Notes under the pieces: model-generated
The model's database searches: none
Told to the model about the DNA's origin: nothing
What the model saw: only the letters and a program-made list of their open reading frames with translations
DNA from: Catajapyx aquilonaris
Lineage: Eukaryota
Assembly (NCBI GenBank): GCA_000934665.2
Contig: JYFJ02000533.1
Location: forward strand, 62,001 to 125,482
DNA length: 63,482 bases
Direction: 5' to 3'
Part shown: piece by piece, positions 45,101-58,310 of the stretch
Layout of the letters: the number at the start of each line of letters is the position of its first letter
Numbering within the stretch: position 1 is the first letter of the stretch
Position numbers and translations under genes: made by a program

Positions 45101-45993
45101 TTTGGTGTGATTTTCACCTCCCCAGTATATTTTGTAATTGTTTTTTTTTTTTTTTTTTCAAAATTGTTAATTTATTACTTATGGCGAGTCTTGCAGCAAG
45201 TTTCGTGTGCTTGTTTGTGTGTGGCTTTGATTAGTGACGACAACTGACGGATGGATCAGGAGTGCGTTGATCTTTTTCAAAATATGACTTGCTGGGTGCA
45301 GGTGGCGGAGGTTCTGCAAGAGACCCGTCTTCAGTGCAAGTGCTTCCTGCGCCACCAAGAGAGGCTTCGGATGCGAAGGGTCTCGGAGGGGAAGTACCGT
45401 GTGGGAGACAAAGTGGTGTTTGTAAGAGTGAGTGCCATTTAATTAATAATTATCCTTGCTTTCAATATTGTTGATGAGATACGCATTATTATTTGTTATA
45501 TTATTCCCAGCTCCTGAAGGGTCGCCACGTGATGGTTCGCGTAGGCGGCGGATGGGACACCCTGGAGAACTTCCTGACCCGCCACGATCCATGCAGGCGG
45601 GGTGCGGGGGGGTCGTCGTCGGTGGGGACGTCTCGCAGGGGGTCAGGGGCAGAGTCGTTGGGTTCCCTGGGCTCGCTCGGGGGAGCCTGCACACCAGTCG
45701 GGGGCTCACTGTCTGTTACCCCGATCAGGAGGGCTCGCTCCGCTACGCCCGAGGGGAGCCAATTCGACTCTTCCTCCCTTCTCCTGGCTCTGGACGGAGG
45801 GTCGCGTTCGCCAACTCGCTCATCGCAGCGGCAAAGGCGGCAGCCAAGAGGGGCCAGGACGCCCCCCGGTGGGTTCGCTGGGCTGGGGGGGCTGGAAGCA
45901 GTGGGGGGGATGCAGCGGCACAGCAGCAGCAGCAGCAGGCTACTAGGGGGAATGCGACCCGCATCAGTGGCTCTAGGGGAGAGATTGTGCTGA
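42102..45993 (+). CDS. Growth arrest-specific protein 2-like (CH and GAR domains), multi-exon; 3' end uncertain
   Basis: CH domain [10 protein letters not shown]...[31 protein letters not shown]...[10 protein letters not shown] and GAR domain [44 protein letters not shown]. Confidence 0.88.
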
Positions 45994-47214
45994 GCGCCTT
46001 TGCAACACCACCCAGGGTGCACAGGTGGGTGTTTCCCTAACACCCTTTGGTGTCTACCACTTCTTGTTGGCAGCTGGGATAACCACAGTAACACAGCATT
46101 AGTATAATCAACACCATACAATATTTTAATTTATTCTCTCCCAAATAAACCCTGAATGCTTACTCCGAACAATGAAAATCCTACCACTAGGAGGAGAAGC
46201 ACTGGAAGCATCTTCTGCCGTTTCCCATACAATCATGAATTTCTGGATGAAGAAGACGAAGAGGATATGGAAGAGGAGGAAGGAAGTGGGAGAAGTGAAG
46301 AAAGAAGAGGGGGTCAGGGGAAGACAGAAAATCCCCGAGACAATTTTCGTGATTTTCCAGAAGTTTCTGTAGAGTATCTAACGTGACATCCATCCAGTGA
46401 AACAATGTCACATTTTGAGATTCGTTCAGGCTACATCAGGTGTCTCCATATCTCACTTTCTTTTTTTTTGCTCAGATACTTTGGTGACCGAGTTTAAAGC
46501 GCCATAAACAAAGTCATTAATAGCCACCTTAAAAACTTTATACAAGTAACGTTAATAAAAATAAAGGGCGGGAGTAAAGATAGTTAAATAACTTTTAAAT
46601 GTCCACTTGCCAACCAGAGTAGCCTTTGATTTTGTGATAACAAGTTGCTAAAAAAGAGAATTTGTTAAATGCATATTGCAAGAATGAGTGCAATATTGCG
46701 GAAGCCAAAAAAAGACAGTGTTGTAAGTTGCTGCTTGTAAATTTGTTTGTGTTTATTCGCCTCAAGGTGCTTCATTATGCCTAGTTTTACTACAATAATA
46801 ATTTTTTGCAAAAATATTCATAGTGTTTTTGTCAGTCATACCTTGTGGGGGGGAAAAATGTTGAATGTCCAGTTTTGCTAATATTTTTTTTACCACTTCA
46901 TAGAATTTTTTTGGGTACACCACAAATGTCAGACCCATAATAATGCTACAATGAAAGTAAGTCGTATACTGCCAAAAACTGGATACACAACAATCAAATT
47001 TTCCACACGAAAGTAGTACTCCTGCCTTGATCACATCCCTCAACTATTTGTACTGTGGTGTTTATTTAGTAGTCTGTAATGGCAGTGAGTGAAGCTTAAA
47101 TCCCTGGAACTGCAACATTTATTTCATGTTACTAAGTAATTGACAGGGGAAAAAAATTCACATGGTGTCAATCTGCCTATTGCACCCTCACACACTGAGC
47201 GATCAGATCCTTTC

Positions 47215-49433
47215 TTACTTCAGTTTCTCCTTTTTCTTAAGTCCGTTACCCTGACTTAGAAACATGGAATATAAACGAGCCCAACTCCACACCACCCCTA
47301 CAGCGCAGTACACTGAAGTTGCCATCAGCGTGAGAAATGGCAGCTTTGGAAAAAGGAGAGGACTGAATAGGTCCAGTGCGAAGAGTGGAACTAGACCCAG
47401 CAGATAGGCAAAGGTCGGGCGGGAGAGGCGAACAGGAAAAAGGACCCAAGTCAACAGGGAGGAAGACAAAAGGAGGAGCAACTTGAGAACAACTTCAAAT
47501 GGTGTGAACAGCAGCGGATGGATGGCAAAATGGCCTGCCACCGATAGGAGAATATAGGATGCAGTGTCGTATGAGTTGCCTGGCTGAGCAGCAAGAAGGC
47601 TGTCAAAGGAAAAGAAAAAGGGAGTTCAGTAACAGACACAGCATAGCAAATCATGACATGTAGCCTACGTTACTGTTGCAAGCACAAAGATGCTGGTCAA
47701 AATAGAAATGCCCCTAAAACCAATCAAAATTGGTTCATAGGGAAGAAAATTACAAGACAAGTATAATCTTGGTGAGAGAGAATGTTTAAAAACATCTCAT
47801 CATTCTGGGCATTGAGATACTCTCTCTTCACATGATTCCTGAGAGCATACATTTACAAGTGATGTATTAATTAATATTAAAAGCTTCACCAACCTCATAG
47901 GTATTATCATTAGCAGCACAGCCTTTTCATGTACATGCCATCCAAACAAGAATGATCCAAAAGCACACAGAGTCAAACAGCGGATAAAATTTGTAGTGCT
48001 GCTTGGTAGGCGCCAGAGTTTCCACAATGCAGGCTGAAATACAAAACCAAATTACACTCCGAACCATTTAGACTGGGCCAAAAACTTACCAGAATAGCAG
48101 CCACTGTGAAAATTAATGTCATCTTTGGAGTAATAGAAGGTAGGAGTGTGTGACTAAATTCCTTGACTAGACCACCTGTCATAGACGCAGTGGATACGGA
48201 CACATTGTAACCACTGTGTCTAGCTGTAAATAACACAATTCATCAATATCATAATTTAAAAACTGGACCATGTTTGGAAAAATTGAATTTCTTATCATTT
48301 GGGGAGCCAAACTTGCCAACATCTAACACCATCATGCCTATGAAATTTTAAAACCACATTATGTGTTGGCTGAACATCTCACCTGCAACAGTAGCTGCCT
48401 TGTCTACCACATTGTAGAGGGCCCAGAAATTTGGTGCCCAATAGGCATGGCAAAGACCTCGTTGGAATGGAAATAAGCGGGCCAGGACCACCCATATCTG
48501 CTCCATGAATGGACCAAACGATGCCGCAAACACAGCCAGTACCACAAAACCTAACTTGAACAATCGCCCCACAGAAGCCAAGCGGACTTTTGGCGAGACA
48601 CCCTCACTGCTCAAGCAATAATGTCTCAGAAGGAAGACAAAATATGCGGGTGCCATATAAAGAAAGATGTGCTTCAAGTTGAGCAGAACTGCGAACCAAA
48701 ACGATGCCCACAGGACTTGACCCTGCAGAACAAATCAGTTTGGTTACAAATCATAAATCAACTCGGACATAAGTAAAAGGTGTGGTAAAAATCTGTCACA
48801 TTTGCAAGTTAATGCTTTGTGGTTTATGGTGTAGATGAGACCAACTTGTACCACTTCCTCACCTGTGTGAGCCTCGCAATGGACAGGAGTAGAATGCCGA
48901 ACAGAAATCCGTTGTATTGAAAATGCACATGATCCACCATCAGCAACCCGCCGTTCGTGAGAAGCGCCATGGCTAAGATCCCACTCCTGGACCTCCACCT
49001 AACCTTCTTGCTCGTACCCGCCACAGCAGACATGGCAACACCCACTTCCTTCACCCCAAATGCGAACACAACATCCGCCACAATCACCGACAACCGCTGG
49101 AAGAGCACAGTCTCCGGAGACTTGTAATCCAGGTTGCTAACGTTGAGCATGTTGGGATCCATCATCCTCGCCACTTTAGCCAGAAGCAGCTCAAACCATG
49201 CAAACAGCGGCGGGTAGTCCAATGTCCACTGCGACGTCTTGTCCGTATACCAGCAGCTAGACGGAAGACTGAAGGTTATGGCCATCCAGTTGCGGTGGAC
49301 CTCAAAGTCTGTCGAGTGACTGCGGGGTTGACTTGTTAGCAACATGTGCATGTACCGTACAAAGTATGACTTACTAAGCTGGCATGAAGAGCAGCTTGAG
49401 GCCTGACACGGCCAGGAAGACCTTCCAAAACAT
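47215..49433 (-). CDS. ALG8: Dolichyl-P-Glc:Glc1Man9GlcNAc2-PP-dolichol alpha-1,3-glucosyltransferase
   Basis: [85 protein letters not shown]. An in-frame ATG at 49469 is an alternative start. Confidence 0.96.
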
Positions 49434-49819
49434 GATGATGCTGCTGGACCACCTTTCCACGTGGACCATTCAACCTGACCTTTTTAACACGCCGCCGGCG
49501 CACCTCATTTCCTTTCCATCGTCCACGGCGGTCGACGTCGTCCAACAGCTATAGCCAGTTACATCCTCGTATTAGCTACACCACCAGCGATAAAATAACT
49601 GTTACGTAACGTAACTTTCCAATGGCGCGGATTGTAAACAGTAGATGGCGTGAAGGCATGTGTGTTTCGCAATACATGATGTCTGTCAGCAGCTGCTTAC
49701 GTGCTGCTGGCAGTGCTCGTGCAGTATCAGGGGCGGTTAATAGACTGATAACATAGGCGGGGACTAGTGCGGCTGAAGCAGGACGCAACAGAGCTGCAGG
49801 GGATGGTGCATAGGGAGTC
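49434..49819. promoter_or_regulatory. Head-to-head promoter region of ALG8 and the amino-acid transporter
   Basis: Divergent start codons under 400 bp apart in a CpG-rich interval. Confidence 0.55.
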
Positions 49820-50782
49820 ATGGTTGGGCATCAGGGAAAGGATGCGGCAGCTTCATCGTCAGGAGGGTCCAGGAGCCATGTCAAAATCATGGCCAATATG
49901 TTCATCTCGTTCATCGGGGCTGGGGTGCTGGGGATGCCCTTTGCCTTCAAGCAGGTATGTCGACAATACACAACATACAAGCTGCAACTGCACATAAGCA
50001 ATGTAAGCACTTTCAAAAGCGCACGAATTACTTTTGGAAAAAAAAAAAGTACTGATATACATGCTCATTGATAATAAAGGTAGCCTCTACTTGTTTGTCA
50101 GTGTCGGTAGCTATACCAATGAGTTTTTAAATACTGCCTGCAGATGAGAAAGGAAATGCTGATGAGAAAAATACATGGTCTGTGGCCTTGTGGGCGAAGT
50201 TGTGACCATATATTGATATGGGGTATTGCATTAATGTTATCAATAATGTAATGCTTAAATGCATTTTGAAGGTTAAGCAGGAATTTGTTTACGGCGGAGC
50301 TTTTCGTACATGGCAAATAAAAATAGCTATCAATGCTTATTTTTATCCAAAGTAATTGATAGCATATAGAAGAATGTATTATGAATATTTCTCAATTCAT
50401 TATAAGTCATGTAGATTCACTGTATAAAGGGTTATTTTTAACATACTGATATTCTATAACGAATCCATAGTACAAAGTTTTACCAGATATATCAAGGCCA
50501 AATACAATTGTGATGGAGTGGCCATAAGGAGGGTCTGCGGAAAATATCTGATGAATGAAAATAATTTTAATAACTGAATAATGCAATAACTATGTGCTGT
50601 CAAATTCTCCGGGATAGTTTTTCTACCACAATCAAACGAGATACTGTATATTCAAAGTATAAGTAATTTTCTTTATCTCATGATCAGTGCAGGTGGCTAT
50701 GATTATGATTATGATTATTATGATTATGATTATTATGATTATGATTATTATGATTATGATTATTATTATGATGATGATGATG

Positions 50783-50818
<36 letters not shown>

Positions 50819-53289
50819 GTTGTTGTTGTTGTTGTTGTTGCTGTTGCTACAGTACTACTATTATTCACTGTAACATTTGCTTTTTTTAAAAAAAAAAATC
50901 AGGCTGGAGTAATAGAAGGATCAATAGTGATGGTGATAGTAGCCTCACTGAGCCTTAAAGCCATGATGCTTCTGGTTGACTGCAAGTACAAATTGTTAAA
51001 CAACCCATCCTTGACACTTCCATTTGAAATGAAGCAGCCTCTTTTGAATGATGAAGAAAATACTGTATATGATGTGGAAGAAGAGAAGGGGCCTGTGACA
51101 GCTGACATTCAGGCCCAGCACTGCCTCGGAGAAGCAGACATCTCGTACGGCGATCTGGGTCAAAAGGCTATGGGACGCGCTGGGAAATATTTGGTGGATG
51201 GTTCTATTGTCGTCTCCCAAATTGGTACGGCTGGACTCAAATATTTATGGCTCAGGGGTAGAAGTTTAATGGGTTTATTTTTCTCTGATATTATGATTGC
51301 TTTTGCGTTACAGGATTTTCCTGTGGGTACCTGATCTTCATATCGGAGAACTTGTCCACATACTTTTCATCGCTGAGATTGATTCATTGGCTGCTGCTAC
51401 TACTTCCACCATTGTATTGCTTATCACTGCTGAGGCATTTGAATCGCCTTGCCATTTTCAGGTTAGGATTATTACATTTGTATGTCAGTTATGATCAAAA
51501 TATTTACACTACTCATGAAATTTACTACAAAATATGTGTACCTTTTGAAAAGGCTCGACTTTTAGATGATGATGTGACTTTGCATATTTTTAAATATTGA
51601 ACATTCTGCATGTTAAAGTAGTCGACAAGAGTCAAGACACACTGAATTTATTCCTTTTTTAGCATGTTTGCGCAGATGTCTAATCTTCTGGCATTTGCTG
51701 TTGTCTTCTGGTTTGATTTTGAACACTACCATTCTGGCCAGTATAAGCCAGCAGAAGTCTGCATCAGTGGGCTTCCGTTCTTCTTCTCAGTCTCCTTGTA
51801 TTGTTTTGAGGTCTGTACATTTAAAGTTTCATACAACGTATACTTTATAATGTAGCAGTTCATGAGTTTATATTTTATTTTGCACTTTGGCTGCTTTTGG
51901 TGATGCTGTTCAGAACAGGTTGAAGTAAAATATCAATAGGCAAGTTATACTCCATGGTACACACTGGTGCATTACAAAATTACGTGGTTGATTATTACCG
52001 TGTTACTTGAGAACTTAAAATATGTGGTCTTTTAGGGTGCTGGGATGGTGCTTTCGTTGGAGTCATCACTGGCAAAAGAAAAGAGGCCAGAATTTAGGTA
52101 TTATCTAACCGGCACTGTGGGAATCCTCACTGTTTTGTACGTAATATTTGGAGCCTCCGGTTACCTTAGTTATGGATCAGGTAAGTCTGCTGTATTTTTT
52201 CACTGATAGCACTTAACTGATTTGTGTGTGTTTGTGGCAGAAACTAGCGAGATAATTACTCTGAACTTGCCCCAGTCTTCTGGAATTGATTTTGCGATGC
52301 TAGTCAAAGCCTGCCTGTGTTTTGCACTGTTTTTTACCTATCCCGTCATGCTGTTCCCTGTGACTCAGCTGCTGGACTCCAGACTTCTCAAGGACAAAGG
52401 AAAATGGAGTCAGGTGAGATTACTTGCAATAACCCTTCATTCTCAATATTTTCAACTAATCTCCCTCCAGAGTGGGATGAGACTAGTTATTGTGACCCTC
52501 ACTGGTTGTGTGGTGGCCGTCATACCAAATTTTGCCAACTTGATGGCCTTGATTGGTGCCACTTGCTGCACTCTGCTTGCGTTTATTATGCCTGCCATTT
52601 GTCACTTTCAGATATGTCGAAGGTAAGCTCACCTTTTTTTCTGCCCCGTCTAATGTACACTGGCATCAGAAAAATTTCTTGTCCATTGCAAGTAATTACT
52701 CTGATGCTGGGTTTTTAAGCATGTGGAAATACAATATATGTAGGTTATGAATAGGAGGTTTAGTCATTGCGCATATGCTGTCATTGTTATTGCGATGATA
52801 TCTGCAAAGCACCTGACATTCACCAGATATCAAACTACTGATAAAGGCAATTATTATTATGCAAATGTGCAGTGCCCATCAACTGAACAATAATTGTATC
52901 TGAGGTAAAGTAAAGGCAGGCAGTTATTTTCCAAGTGAATCCTCAGAAATCAAAGTTTAATTGTGTTGGTTCACCCTGCATGTAATAAATGAATTAACAA
53001 TAATAGGATATCTAAGGAGAGTAGTTCCCATTAATAACAGTAAATTGTACAAATGTCATTTCTGCTTATTTGATAGGACAGCAAATTTTCTCACCCATTT
53101 CTTTGCTTTATCCAAAGGTCATTATCAAATTTGCAAGTAGCAACTGACATTGCCCTTCTACTGATTGGACTTTTGGCAATGGTGACCGGCAGCTGGGACT
53201 TTGTCTCGAGGATGATTTCCACCCGTGATGATGAGCCTTCTCAGCCAGTGGCTCTTGCTTTAACTGGCAATTCTTCCATGAGTATTTAA
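49820..53289 (+). CDS. Amino acid/auxin permease family transporter (SLC36/AVT3-like), multi-exon
   Basis: ANMFISFIGAGVLGMPFAFKQAG, SYGDLG..AMG..GKYLVD..IVVSQIGFSCGYLIFISEN, SLYCFEGAGMVLSLE, ALFFTYPVMLFPV, IPNFANLMALIGATCCTLLAFIMPAICH. Confidence 0.9.
50697..50848. repeat. Compound intronic microsatellite (GATTAT)n-(GAT)n-(TAT)n-(TGT)n
   Basis: Directly visible trinucleotide/hexanucleotide runs. This is the source of the poly-Ile and poly-Tyr ORFs. Confidence 0.97.
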
Positions 53290-53324
53290 GTAGTGCATGA
53301 CAGCTATTGTTTAATTGTAATCAA

Positions 53325-53562
53325 AATAATTCCTAAGAGTTGCATGATTTTTGTATTCTATTTTTTATGGAGAATTAATTTTTGATATGTGTTTTAGTGA
53401 TCAGGTCAAATGAAAGGTATTATAGTGATTGGGAAGTATGTTAAAACCCTGTGCTATTTATAAAGGAATTGTACTTACATGACTGCATGGATTAAAGAGA
53501 TTTATTTTACTGGGAAACATGCAAATGGTTTATTATGCTACTTTTCAGTTAAGACTTCATTA
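53325..53562. repeat. Left copy of a ~240-bp direct duplication (transporter 3' UTR)
   Basis: Colinear with 54446-54947 (minus the SINE-like insert), from AATAATTCCTA(A)GAGTTGCATG to CAGTTAAGACTTCATTA. Confidence 0.9.
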
Positions 53563-53712
53563 TAAAACTTCTATAAGTCGAACTTCCCTAAGTCGAAGTT
53601 CTCTATAAGTCAAAGAAAATTATGAGCTTGGTTGGTCACGATGTAAAATAATGGGAAATAAACTTCCCTAACTCGAATTTCTATAACTCAAAGTTCTCCA
53701 TAACTCGAAGTG
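53563..53712. mobile_element. Fragment of a DNA-transposon/MITE terminus with subterminal repeats
   Basis: Six copies of a CT(A)TAA(G/C)TC(G/A)AA-like motif, a pattern typical of pogo/Tigger-like subterminal repeats. No matching opposite end was found. Confidence 0.55.
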
Positions 53713-54085
53713 ATGGCATGGCACTTCAGTACTGCACTTCAGTAGTATCATCAAAATATCAAATATCAGTACTTCAGCTTCGTCCCCATCATTTTCTGAT
53801 TGGCTGCGAAAGGATTGGGAACGTTAGGTCTCCTTCTTCTCTTCCCGATGATCTCAGGTGTGTATATGGCACCCTCAAAGTTATGGTTGTATGGAACCTC
53901 CAGCATGTTAGGCTTTGTTGAAGACAGATAGAAAATAGAGGCCTCAGAAAACTTGAGTGCTGAGCCATCGTTGGCTTTAGTTTTCTTGCTGATTCCAGCC
54001 CCAATCTCCGCAATGTTCTTAAAGTCTGCAGTGTCTATCCTAGTGAAGAGAGAACGTCTTAGTTAGGTTGCATTGAAGTATGCAA

Positions 54086-54445
54086 TCAGCCCATTGGAGT
54101 GGATGTGAGTGGCATGTGCTTGCAAGCGAACAACTCCATGCGGCCAAAATCCCTGTCACAGGGAAGTTGTGTATGTCCCACAACAGGAAAGTGGTGGAAA
54201 ACATCATTTGCAATGCCATCAGTTATTAACTCATTGTCGAGACCAATCAGGGCCCAGTGCTTGTTCTGTCCCTTGCACTTATCACTACTGATGTGAAGCT
54301 GATCAAAAGTTTTCACAAGACTTACGAGGTATTTCAAAATGCAACTGCCTATTTTATCTGCTTCTCTCTTGGCTATGTTTTCAGGCCATAAGAACATGTA
54401 TCCCCAGTCCATATAAATTAACACTATTTTGCTGAAATGGGTCAC
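54086..54445 (-). mobile_element. Degenerate DNA transposase fragment, Sola1-like
   Basis: Translation has FLWPENIAKREADKIGSCILKYL, SDKCKGQNK and GHTQLPCDRDFG, which match the SDxCxGQNKN and GHS.LPCDRDFG motifs of Sola1-type transposases. The fragment is truncated. Confidence 0.7.
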
Positions 54446-54947
54446 AATAATTCCTAGAGTTGCATGATTTTTATGTTCTATTTTTTGCGGAGAATTAATT
54501 TTTGAAGTGTTTTAGTGATCAGGTCAAATTAGAGGTTGTTGTTGTTGTTGTTGTTGTACCCCTTGCTAGGGCCCTAGGGTCTCTTAGTGGGGTGGAATAC
54601 CACCATTCGGTGCAGGGGACACTAGTGCAAGTGTAATGTCTCAAGTTGGGGGTCGTGTGGAGTCCATCAGGGGGCCCGTTCGCTAAGAGGAACCCCTAGA
54701 TGTGGGTCAGAAACCCCCACCGACACAGCACCTCCTCATGAACGGTACAAGGATAGGAAAGGAAAGAAGCGGCTGTGGCTTATTATTTAGGGAGCAATCC
54801 CGGAAAATGAGAGGTATTATAGTGAATGGGTATTTTTAAACCGTATGCTATAATTTATAAAAGAATACTTGCATGATTGCATGGATTTATTTTGCTGGGA
54901 AACATTCAAATGTTTTATTATGCTACTTTTCAGTTAAGACTTCATTA
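54446..54947. repeat. Right copy of the ~240-bp direct duplication, interrupted by a retroposon
   Basis: Aligns to 53325-53562 on both sides of 54536-54804. Confidence 0.9.
54536..54804 (-). mobile_element. 5'-truncated SINE-like retroposon with a (CAA)n tail and a 10-bp target duplication
   Basis: (TTG)n tail at the left end. TSD AAAT(T/G)AGAGG at 54526-54535 and 54805-54814. The empty site is visible in the left duplicate. The minus-strand 5' end CCGGGATTG...GCCACAGCCGCTTCTTTCC resembles arthropod SINE bodies. Confidence 0.8.
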
Positions 54948-55179
54948 AAGTACCTGACACATCACAGATATAACTGTTACATTCATAACATTATAAAAGT
55001 CCCAAGTGCAACATGTATAAACAAATAGCTGTGAAATAACAACAAAGCACATTCAATGCATAAGATATACCCATAAGCAAATATGTCTTCATTACCCTCA
55101 TATTTTTGGATCACTCATCTCGACTTACCACTGGTACGCTTCACCTTTTCATTATGCGACCATTAAAATCTTACTTTGC

Positions 55180-57961
55180 CTATGCATCTCCTTGCTCTTG
55201 ATTCACTTCTGGTCCCTGATTTTCATTTTCTGGCCCTGGATTTGTATTTAGTTGTTGTGGGTTTTCGTGATCTTCCCCTGGATTTGCATTTCCATGCCCA
55301 GGATTTTCACCATCTGGTCCTGGATTTTCCTCCCCTTCCATAATAATCTCTTCTGGGTCAGGTGCTCGGGGCAAAAATTCCTCCTCTGGATACATGTTCT
55401 GCCATATTTGCTTAGCCTGGAAATGATCGTATAAAAATTATGAGTTTCCTCACTAAACGAAATGTGGGATAGAGCCATAAGTAGGATTATTTACTATCGC
55501 ACAGATACATAATTTTGGTCTCCTTCACACACATTACTTTCAGTAGCCTTGCTGTTGAATTCGTAATTGTTCTAACCTGTGCCACTGAATCTTCAAAATC
55601 CAGTTCTAATCCAGGCCCATTGCATCGGAACACATTTGGTGGCAGTTCTGGATCCTCTTGCCTGCCCCTTAAGTTGAAGTACAATGCCCACAGAACCCTA
55701 GGTTTTGAACTTTGATCTGACTGCTCTGCAAAATTGAGCAGCTCGGTTGCTACATGCAGAAGATCTTCCTTCGCATCAGATTCCCGTTGGCTTGTTACCA
55801 TATGGACCAGAACTGAAACCACACATCCATAGCAATACATTTCTGGCATTTGTCCCGTACTGACATGTCTGTAGCTTCATCGATTTTAAAACAGTGTACT
55901 GTTATACCTTGTGTAATTGAAAGGAGCCTAGGAAAATATGACAATAGAACTCACACAGTCCACTGGGTGTTGCCATTGATGATGATCCAACTTCAATAAT
56001 TGTGATAGGCTCCCTCTCACTGTCACCAGGAAACCTTAGAAGAGTCAGCTGCTCCCTGTCTGCATCCATTAGTGACCTGTGATCACAAAATTACATATTA
56101 CACAAATGACAATATATCATCAACGTCTATAGCCGGAATGCAACCAATTTTTTAAAAAATATGTAAAAAAAAATAGTGCACTCAATTTGCTCAAACACAT
56201 TGATTTGCGAATAATTTGAAAGTCTTTGACATACCTGTCAGTGAGAAATATGGCTCGTGATACAGCTTGGGAACGTCCCTGGGCATCTTCCATCACCAAG
56301 AATTTACACCCCATACGTTGCCCTGCTGACACAACTGCCTGACAATGGCCATCCTGGTTCAGAATTGCAGATGCCACACCTCTTTTGAGATGGTATATCC
56401 CACCATACACAGCGCACATTCTAAAGATTGAGGAGCAATCACATAATTAAATGGGCCAAGTGAAAGGCAAGGCATCCATACCTGCAGAAGCACTGGGGAA
56501 GTTCCCCACTTCCATAGAGTGGCCACAAGAAAGGCGTGTTCCCATATCTACCGAGGCTTTTTAGAAAGCGACGGCATGACTCCAGTCCCTGAACACAAGG
56601 AGTGTGTTCAGTTGTCATGGAAATTGCATGTAGTACGTAGTGGATGATATTCGATGTCAGGCGGCGGGACTTCAGGAAATCCAGAAAAGTGCGGGACTGG
56701 AATGCTGCATGTGAAGAAAAAAATTGCATCACACACATCGTGTGGTAGTGCATCAAAATTTACAGCCCGTGTTAACATGGATCAGCAAGTGACGTCAGAT
56801 ATTTTCATCGATGTTTTTCAATAACAAAACTAACTGCTCAGTATGACTGGCCGTTGTGTGTGTGTCAAGCAAAATCTTAATAATCATCAGGATTCCAAGA
56901 TCTGAGCTCGCTCTTACCTTCCCAATCTTCTGGATGAGCTTCATACTCAGACACTAATTCCAGCAGCTTCATAAGCATCCTCTTCTCCACAACTGATATA
57001 TTTCTTGTGGCAAACACATCTGACCTGGAGCAAGGGACAGCCTCCAGCCTCCCATCAAGCCAGGAGAGGACTCGAGTGACCGATTTGAACTCAGCATAGC
57101 GAGCAATGTTTGACGAGATTAGGAGATCCACTAGAGTGCCCCGACTGAACAAAAGTTTTGGAGACAGATCAAAGTTGAAGCGACGCCACTGCTCCGATAT
57201 GTGCGATCTTGTCAAGGCTGGTGGACCAATAGGCGGGGGAGGTGTAAGGGTCGGAAGAGGTGGAGCAATTGTCTCAGGCGTTTCAGGCGGAGTCTCAAGT
57301 GATTCAGGTTGGGTGTTGAATGTTTCAGAAGGACTGGGAGCCCGTTCAGTAGGAGTAGGGGTAGGCGTGGTGTCTGAAGATGGCGGTAAAAATGGTTCTG
57401 CCGGCTCCGGCTCTGGCCTAGAAAGTACAGAATTTTGAATTACCAGTACATCATTGCATTGAAGCTACAGAAGTATGTGTACTAACTCTGGCAAAAACCA
57501 CTCCTGTTCCACATTGTACGCATCAGGTCCAGTCGGTCCGAAACACAGAAGCCGCTCGTTCCCCTGTAAAAACTCCTCTCCAGAGCAGCCATCACCATTC
57601 AGCGAAACAGGTTCAGACTGCTGCTCAATCCATTTCTGCATAGCCTCCCAGTTGAACACACTCCATTGCGCACTGTAGTAATCCCTCCTGCAATCGCAAC
57701 AATGCTGTTCAACACCATCCAACGCATAAAAAGCCCAGCAAACCAACCTGTCAAGATGTAATACTTTCTTCCCAATCCGTGCAGACGCAGCTGCCAAAAT
57801 GGACTCAGTCATACCTGAAATATGCATAATATTGTATTCCATGACATCCTGCATCTGTTGTGTGTACTCAATGAGCACATTACGACAATGCAATTATTGT
57901 AAGTGTCTGTACCTGTTCCCACGACGATTACGTCGTATTCCGTTGGGAGATCCTCTGCCAT
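55180..57961 (-). CDS. CHM: Rab escort protein (REP/CHM, Rab geranylgeranyltransferase component A), multi-exon
   Basis: [125 protein letters not shown]. Confidence 0.95.
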
Positions 57962-58310
57962 GGTTTGTCCTTCAGTGAAGCGGACCACACCTCGTAGTAA
58001 TTATCACATTTAATCGCCCGAAACAGAACGATTTGTGAACACAACTCTACGCAGTTGAGTCAGCAGAACTATCGACAATTCCTGACGATATCAACCCCAA
58101 CGATTACATGTAGCCGCGATCGATACCATCATCATCTCTCCTTTCAAATTCATTCAATTTTCATAATTATCCTAATATCTTTGCAAACAATAAGTGTATG
58201 AAACATATCTTCTCGAGCGAATATTAAAGCTGACTGTATCGGTGTCTGGCATGAAATGTTGTAGAACAGGACACTAGCTATAGTAGGGTTAAGCCGGGTC
58301 GCTCTTGGCC

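Noticed and set aside
45456..46386. Overlapping ORFs and an acidic 76-aa ORF after the GAS2-like GAR domain
   Set aside because: GC-rich low-complexity sequence. These could be alternative 3' exons, but no splice model can be established from sequence alone.
50632..50898. Poly-Ile, poly-Tyr and poly-Cys ORFs
   Set aside because: These are translations of an intronic microsatellite; the real exon starts after the acceptor at ~50902.
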